DNA of 32,000 nucleotides, from assembly GCF_001598795.1 (NCBI RefSeq), contig NZ_BCZP01000021.1:1-32000 (forward strand). Direction: 5' to 3'. The translations under genes were made by a program, and so were the position numbers. The DNA is from Delftia acidovorans NBRC 14950. GTDB taxonomy: Bacteria; Pseudomonadota; Gammaproteobacteria; Burkholderiales; Burkholderiaceae_C. Of this stretch, positions 29,469-32,000 are shown piece by piece (the stretch's first letter is position 1; each line of letters opens with the position of its first letter). Below the pieces are notes generated by a model. The model searched no databases and was not told where the DNA came from. It saw only the letters and a program-made list of their open reading frames with translations.

Positions 29469-31742
29469 TTACTTCTTGCTGCTTTCTGCCAGCAGGCGCT
29501 GGCATTGCGCATCTTCCTCGGCGGCCGGCACCGTCAGCGGCACCAGCGCCAGGGCCGCCGGCGCCACCACGGCGGCGGCCACGGCCGCGCCCGCGCGCAG
29601 CAGCAGCGGGCCGGGCTCCACGCCCACCTTGGGATTGGCAAAACTGCCGCGCACATACAGCGGCGTGCGCAGCGAGAAGAACTTCCACTTCAGCGACTCG
29701 GGCACGATGCGCAGGTCCATGGTCTCCTGCGCCAGGCTGATCTGTCCGGTGGCCTCGATGATGGCCTCGGGCGTGGCCAGCTTGACGTTGCGGGTGCGCG
29801 CAATGCCCTGCTCCACGGTCAGGTCGGCAACGGCGCAGTTGAGCTGCACTTCCTTGTCGGCGCCGAACAGCTTGGTGACGATGACGCTGCCCAGGTTCAG
29901 CGCGGCCAGGTCCAGGAGCTGCTTGCTGAAGCGGCCATCGCGCACATACAGGCGGATGTCGCCCGAGCTGGTGCCCAGCCATTCGGCAATGGACTGGCCC
30001 CGGCCCTCCAGCCCCAGCGCGCCGTCCATGCTGCCCAGGCTTTTCTTCATCAGTTCGATCTCGGGGAACAGGGCCGACAGCTGCAGCCCCTGGACCTTGC
30101 CCTGGAGGCTGGCCTTGGGCGGCTTGGCGCCGCTGTCCACCACGGCCTCGATGTCCAGCCGGCCCTTGGCCATGCCGAAGCGCAGCGGAGACAGGCGCAG
30201 CACGCCGTTGTCCATGACGGCATGCACGCTGAAGTCCTCGATGGGCAGGGCCTGGGGGCGCTCGATGCGGTCGCTCTTGAAGCGCACATCCATGTCCATG
30301 GCATTCCACTTGCTGGTGTCAAAGCGCTGCGTGGGCAGGGCCTTGCCGCTGGCCGCCTGCCGGGTCTTCTGGCCCTGCTTGGTGGACGGTGCTCCCACCA
30401 CCGGCCCCAGGTCGGCCAGGCGCAGCTTGCGCGAGGCCAGATCGCCGCTGAGCTTGGGGCGCGGCTTGCCCGATGCGTAGTGCAGCGTGCCGCGCAGATC
30501 GCTCTGGCCCACGCGGCCATCGAATTCCTCGTAATCCCAGACGGCGCGCCCCGGCTCCAGGCTGCCGACCAGATGGCCATTGGTGTCGAAGGGCGGTGTG
30601 CGCGGCAGCAGCAGACCCGTCAGCGGGAACAGGTCGGCCATGCTGGAGCCGCGTAGGCGCACCTGCAGGTCCATGCCCTTGAGCGCCCTGGGATTGTCGA
30701 GAATGCCCTCGGCCCGGGCGCGCAGGCTGCCCGCATGGGCCCACAGCTTCACGGGAAAGCGTGCCTGTTCGCTTTGCAGGTCCAGCACGGGGCCGATGAG
30801 GCCCTGGGCCTCGACCGTGGCCTTGGCGATGCGCCCGGTCAGGCCGAAGCGCATGCCATACGGAAAGTCTGGACTGGGCGGCTGCACAAGGCTGTCCAGA
30901 CGTGCGCGCACCGCCATCTGGCGCACGCCATCGCTCCAGCCCACCAGGCCCCCGCGCAGGCTCAATTGCGCTATCTGAAAGCGCCAGCGCGGCCCTGTGG
31001 ACTCGGGGCGCTTGAAGGTCCAGTTGTTGCTGCCATCCTTGCGCCGGGCAAAGACCAGGTCAGGGCCTTCCAGTTGCAGATGGTCCAGCAGCACATGCCG
31101 GCCCAGCAGCGGCCACAGCCGCAGGCTGGCCGTGGCGCGCGCGGCCGTGGCCATGGTGGCGGCATCGCGCGCCGGAGGCGCCAGCTTTTCGTCGGAAAGG
31201 GCGATGCTGTCGGTATCGATATCGCGTGCGGGGCGGCTGGCCTGCGCGTCCCCTTCCTTGGCCTTCGTTTTCCCTTTTGGCTGGTCCTTGCGCTGGCCCA
31301 TGGGTGGGTCTTCGGGCAGCCGGCCCTTGTTCAGATGGTCGGGCGGCGCGGGCAGGGCTGGCAGTTCGTCGCTGCCCTTGGCCGGTTCCTGCTCGACCTG
31401 CCAGCCTTCGGGCTGGCCCAGGGCCAGTTGCTCGGCCTCGATGGTCACGCCCGGGACCCAATGGCGCCAGCCCTGGTCCAGGGGCTGGGGCCATGTCCAG
31501 CGCAGGCGCAGATCGCCTTCAATGGCGAAGTGGCGGCCGGTGCTTTCGCTGACGCGTTCGTTGACCCAGGGCTTGGCCCGGTTCCAGTCGAAGGTGGCAA
31601 TCAGGACCACAACCGCGGCGAGCAGCAGCACCAGGGCCGACACCGTCCACAAAAGGGCGCGCAGCCAGCGGCGGCGGGCTGGGCGGTGGGGTGCTGGCGT
31701 GGCGGGGCTGTGGTTCGCTGTGTCGGTCGCTGTGTCTGTCAT
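29469..31742 (-). CDS. AsmA-family protein (N-terminal anchor, large periplasmic region)
   Basis: Frame of ORF track 29469..31841, trimmed to ATG 31742, because the codons between (ATA, GGA, TTA) look non-coding. It begins MTDTATD...RRRWLRALLWTVSALVLLLAAVVVLIATFDWNRAKPWVNERV, a basic stretch then a TM helix then an AsmA-like N-domain. C-terminal AsmA-like blocks follow. It has a low-complexity insert at about 31157-31412. Confidence 0.8.
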   Translation of the reverse strand: MTDTATDTANHSPATPAPHRPARRRWLRALLWTVSALVLLLAAVVVLIATFDWNRAKPWVNERVSESTGRHFAIEGDLRLRWTWPQPLDQGWRHWVPGVTIEAEQLALGQPEGWQVEQEPAKGSDELPALPAPPDHLNKGRLPEDPPMGQRKDQPKGKTKAKEGDAQASRPARDIDTDSIALSDEKLAPPARDAATMATAARATASLRLWPLLGRHVLLDHLQLEGPDLVFARRKDGSNNWTFKRPESTGPRWRFQIAQLSLRGGLVGWSDGVRQMAVRARLDSLVQPPSPDFPYGMRFGLTGRIAKATVEAQGLIGPVLDLQSEQARFPVKLWAHAGSLRARAEGILDNPRALKGMDLQVRLRGSSMADLFPLTGLLLPRTPPFDTNGHLVGSLEPGRAVWDYEEFDGRVGQSDLRGTLHYASGKPRPKLSGDLASRKLRLADLGPVVGAPSTKQGQKTRQAASGKALPTQRFDTSKWNAMDMDVRFKSDRIERPQALPIEDFSVHAVMDNGVLRLSPLRFGMAKGRLDIEAVVDSGAKPPKASLQGKVQGLQLSALFPEIELMKKSLGSMDGALGLEGRGQSIAEWLGTSSGDIRLYVRDGRFSKQLLDLAALNLGSVIVTKLFGADKEVQLNCAVADLTVEQGIARTRNVKLATPEAIIEATGQISLAQETMDLRIVPESLKWKFFSLRTPLYVRGSFANPKVGVEPGPLLLRAGAAVAAAVVAPAALALVPLTVPAAEEDAQCQRLLAESSKK

Positions 31743-31888
31743 GGCGCAGGGGGCCGCTAAATGGGGTTCGGTCCATCCTATCGCCATGAAACCGCTTGCC
31801 AAGGCCCGGGACGCGCTGGCGGGCAGCCGGCAGGCCCGCATACAGGAGATTGACCTACAGCGCGGCCTGCGGCGGGGAAGAGGCCGTC

Positions 31889-32000
31889 ATCACGGCGTCT
31901 CCTGGCCCTGGCGCAGCCGGGTGGATGCCAGGGCGGCCACCACCAGCAGGCCCGCCATGATGAACAGGCCGTTGCGCGTGCTGCCCGTGGCCTGTTCGAT
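31889..32000. other. Coding-like codon periodicity at the right edge; strand and identity unresolved
   Basis: The minus frame from 32000 reads IEQATGSTRNGLFIMAGLLVVAALAST..., a hydrophobic helix with very high third-position GC. The plus frame (MMNRPLRVLPVACS from ATG 31957) shares the same wobble positions, so GC3 cannot decide between them. Confidence 0.3.

Overview
High-GC bacterial chromosomal segment, roughly two-thirds G+C by eye (not computed). All calls come from hand reading of the ORF track and sequence and from remembered family motifs; no searches were run. The gene content and a recurrent GGAGACA(A) Shine-Dalgarno motif suggest a Betaproteobacterium of the Comamonadaceae/Burkholderiales type (inference).

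Left to right:
- An AhpD-like gene fragment at the left edge and a LysR regulator.
- A haloacetate/fluoroacetate-dehalogenase-like alpha/beta hydrolase, divergent from the LysR gene.
- A YdgA/DUF945 protein.
- An IclR regulator divergent from a tightly packed nine-gene plus-strand operon (5290-13903). The operon has four Bug/TctC periplasmic receptors, two LigI-type amidohydrolases, an RraA/HMG-aldolase-like protein, a D-2-hydroxyacid dehydrogenase and an SMP-30 lactonase.
- A PadR regulator divergent from fadH plus an NTF2-like gene.
- A catalase.
- A PAS-LuxR regulator divergent from scoAB.
- An HD-GYP protein.
- A LexA-box-controlled imuA-imuB-dnaE2 mutagenesis cassette.
- A translationally coupled pair: a ModE-N-terminal-like wHTH gene and a short TrmO/YaeB-like gene.
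- An AsmA-family gene.

I saw no rRNA, tRNA, CRISPR array, transposase, integrase or recognisable defence genes, and nothing I can defend as a clearly new system.

The most unusual items are:
- the receptor-rich lactonase operon, which has no recognisable canonical pathway;
- two pyrimidine-rich, SD-less intergenic leaders inside that operon, one with 3x CTTCCTCC and a 29-nt pure pyrimidine run;
- a three-dyad operator-like array over the fadH promoter;
- a 3x ACGCCATA repeat plus a 14-bp palindrome in a long spacer;
- the ModE-like/TrmO-like coupled pair.

The many long ORFs antisense to recognised genes are treated as high-GC artefacts.
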